DNA of 63,746 bases, filler included, from Octopus bimaculoides (lineage: Eukaryota), in the NCBI RefSeq assembly GCF_001194135.2. It is 6 parts of 5 records of this genome, joined end to end, with 100 filler letters (N's around TTAATTAATTAA, not from the genome) between each part and the next. Parts side by side here need not be neighbours in the genome. Positions count along the whole stretch, not along the records: positions 57,856 to 60,741 come from NC_068986.1; positions 60,842 to 63,746 come from NC_068982.1; 4 more parts are not named here. One strand, given 5' to 3'. Each line of letters begins with the position of its first letter. Within the stretch, counting starts at the first letter, position 1. The position numbers and the translations under genes are program-made. This document shows, piece after piece, positions 60,532 through 63,746 of this stretch. The notes under the pieces were generated by a model. That model was not told the DNA's origin. It was given only the letters and a program-made list of their open reading frames with translations, and did no database searches.

Positions 60532-61149
60532 CGTAAGTCTGTGTGTGTATGGGGGAGGAGGTCATATGTATGAATCAAGGTATATAGTCCCGCATACGAA
60601 TTCCTTGATCTTCGAGAATGCTTATATGGTTATATACCTCTATGTATGTCAGAAATGAGTGTTTATATATGTGCATGTAACTGTAACAATATGTAAGTGA
60701 GCATTTGTGTGTATGCATATATATATATACATACATATATANNNNNNNNNNNNNNNNNNNNNNNNNNNNNNNNNNNNNNNNNNNNTTAATTAATTAANNN
60801 NNNNNNNNNNNNNNNNNNNNNNNNNNNNNNNNNNNNNNNNNCACTTTGTCTGGTTTGTCATATGTATCCTCTGTGATGAGTCAAAGAATACTTTACATAA
60901 AAGCATTCAGATTAGATAATAAGATGAAAATTATTAAATAATATATATATATATATAATTTATATAAGGGCATTACTATACAATAACGCATCACGATAAG
61001 AGGGACTCCAGAAGTCAAACTACTATAATAAACACATTTTCACCGATCGCGAGGGAATGCAACTCTCAAAGCTAACCTCCTAAAAATGTTTAACTTAATG
61101 GTAAACCATGGTTTCATAATCAACGCAGTAATCTGCATCTTTTATTCAT

Positions 61150-61620
61150 CAGCACACGTATGGTCAAGACACATAGAAATAAACAAAAATCAACATACCC
61201 GACGAACACTGCATGTATTCAGCATCGTACATAGACGATTGTTTATCCTTATATATCCATGAAAAGGCGAGCTTTTTGAATTAAACATAATAGACCCGAT
61301 ATTGTTCAATGAGACAGGGAACAAAAGTCATGCCTTGTTGTTGAAGTCAGCTGCCCAGCAGAAGTGAATGCGCTGTCAAAAGTTAGGAAAAGAGAACATT
61401 TATGACGAATTAATTGCAGGAAATACAGCTCTTGTACCAAGACTATGAATTCTCATTTGTACCTATCATCATAGATGCATTAAGTTAAGTACCAGCAAAT
61501 TTGCACAAAACTTGGAAACACTTGGTTTTACAGAAATACTTTTTTGAAACTGACACAAATCCAATCAGTTAGTTGCAAAGCGAAGATTTATTAATCATTA
61601 CAGAAACTCTGCATGTGATA
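61150..61620 (+). mobile_element. R4/Dong-like (RLE-type) non-LTR retrotransposon 3' remnant
   Basis: KHNRPDIV at 61283-61306, DREQKSCLVVEVSCPAEVN..SKV, IYDELI..IQLLYQDYEFSFVPIIIDAL: a PD-(D/E)xK restriction-like endonuclease pattern. Confidence 0.75.
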
Positions 61621-61765
61621 TTCATATGTGAATAGATACACACACTTCGACAGTTCAACCAAGGCAACAGTCATGTTGCTTTGTTAGCAACGGGCTTGAA
61701 CTCTCTCAAGAAGAACTTACTTCAACTGAAAGAAAAATCATACCTGCATACATACATACATTCAT

Positions 61766-61797
<32 letters not shown>

Positions 61798-61879
61798 CAC
61801 ACACACACACATTCCCTTCGCCACATTTTCACACCTTCACACCTACATAAACACATGCATATGTTAAGATTACAAGCAT

Positions 61880-62160
61880 TCTCTCACACACACGCAGCTT
61901 CTCGTCTTGGGTTCACCACTTCTTTGTTATCTCCCCTTTTTCTTAGCTCTCCTGTGTAATCCTTCTCTCCGGCATTCGCCATGATAGATTGCTGACCACT
62001 ACATTTATATTTTTTTCTCCTTGTTTCTTTCTGTGTTCCTTTCAGTTGAAGAGCGTAGGCTCGAAACCTCAAAGACTTTCTCTATTCCCGTGCGTTAAAC
62101 TAATATATCCATTTATTGTTTACACCACCTTTCTTCGTCTGTTGTTGTTTTCGTAAATTC
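61880..62160 (+). mobile_element. Probable PLE-type 3' terminal repeat with a decayed hammerhead-like motif
   Basis: cttt|CAGTTGA|a|gag-cgtagg-ctc|GAAA|cct|C|aaag at 62039-62074, the same layout as the 46823-46868 motif but with core substitutions. Confidence 0.4.
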
Positions 62161-62163
62161 TCC

Positions 62164-62285
<122 letters not shown>

Positions 62286-63307
62286 CGTGTATGCATATAT
62301 ATACCTGCATAGGTAAATACATATATAAGTATATATGTATAAATATGTATACATATATACATATCTACATACATATCTACATATAAACATAGCGTATATT
62401 TGTAAATAGATATGCATATCAATTAATATCCGGAAAATGATAATGTGAGTCAGATATATCAATACAATATAATTAGATTATGTTTAACCTAATGTTTTGA
62501 AAAGTAGGATCCTCTATTTTGGAAACTTTAAGAATGTAGTGTTCATCCATATGAGATTCAAATGGTTTATGGAAAAAAAGTTTGAACGGCTTAGCGAAAT
62601 CTTCCTTGAAATTTTGTTTCACATTATAATTGAAATTTTAAATTAAATCGTCTCAATATTACTTCCACAGAAAAATAGATGGAATATGAACCAATTTAGA
62701 AGAAAAACATTTAAAAGATATGACTATGCTGTGAGACTGTTCGAATTTAATTTCTAGTTAAAGTAACGTAACCTAGTAACTGTAACTAATTTCAAAATTA
62801 AAATTAACTTGACACTTGAGCATATAACTGAATATGAAAATAAGAAAATATAATTCAAATTAAGGTAATGTTAGATTTAAATCTTAATAAGAAAAGCATT
62901 TAAGTAACAGAATTACTCTGGTGATAATACATACTACGAACGAAGATTGTTATTATATATATATATGTCGTTAAGATAAGCAAGTTAATTCGATTCGGTT
63001 TGTTGGTTTCGTGTGTGCGTGTGTGTGTGTGTGAAATCTTTATTACTAGCAACTGCAGACGATGTGAAAACATTGTATTGATGCACTATGTAACAAAAGT
63101 AATTTACATTAATTGATTTCTGGGTACACTAATTTTAAACGCATATCTTTACTGATGAGACAGTATTCTCATCGGAAAACATCTGTAAAAGAATTCTCAA
63201 ATATTTTGGCTCACTTCATGTTTTCAAAGTCTTTCAACTTATTTATTAGGATTAACTGAAGGTTCAAAATGCGCAGAATACGCAGAATTTTTAAAATATG
63301 TGAACAT

Positions 63308-63341
63308 AGGCGCAGGCGTGGCTGTGTGGTAAGAAGCTTGC
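63308..63341 (+). mobile_element. SINE family A head, truncated
   Basis: ggcgcaggcgtggctgtgtggtaagaagcttgcttccc. Confidence 0.75.
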
Positions 63342-63746
63342 TTCCCTCACTACAGTGAAGAGGTAATTTTTACTGGCTCTCGGTAAGCGTTTTGTTGTTG
63401 TTGTTATTGCTGTTATTGAATTTTTTGGCTGTTGAACGAAGAAATTATCGTAGAAAAAAACTGTTGAACTGTTTTATTTCCCGGTTCTACGGGGGAATAA
63501 TTACAAAAATTATTGTAGTTGCTGGCCATTGCGGCATTTTGTTAAAACATTTTATTTTATTTTGTGAACTCTGAATAGTCTTTCTAGACTATTTTTGTGC
63601 CCCTCCCCCTAGCGGGGGTGGGATTTGAACATTTTTGTATTGTTTAAGAGGAAAACTTTTTTATAGGTTTCCCAGTTTGTGTGGGAAACCAATTAAATTT
63701 TTTGAATTTTATGTTAATACGCCAACCGAATTATGTCGGTTGAGAT

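Overview
Repeat-dense, gap-rich eukaryotic genomic DNA, most likely from an octopus (inference from the tRNA-derived SINE families and the extreme microsatellite load; not verified by search). The only host-gene signal I can support is one 193-nt internal coding exon on the + strand (44038-44230) of a SAC-domain phosphoinositide phosphatase, best matching INPP5F/SAC2. The rest is consistent with intronic or intergenic DNA filled with mobile elements. These include at least nine Penelope-like element (PLE) loci of several lineages, four SINE families (called A-D here), RTE, Hero-like and R4-like non-LTR fragments, mariner/maT/Tc1 remnants, small TIR elements, a 5S rRNA pseudogene, a 22-bp minisatellite and many microsatellites. 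The strongest unexpected signal is a set of hammerhead-ribozyme (HHR) motifs at PLE 3' ends, often arranged as head-to-head inverted repeats. One PLE family carries a tRNA-like Pol III cassette plus (AAT)n plus an HHR about 30 nt behind its ORF stop, and the same cassette recurs elsewhere without adjacent ORF sequence, like a ribozyme-bearing SINE. All translations, folds and alignments were done by eye; no searches or folding programs were run. Five 100-bp N44-TTAATTAATTAA-N44 blocks are assembly spacers, so contiguity across them is uncertain.
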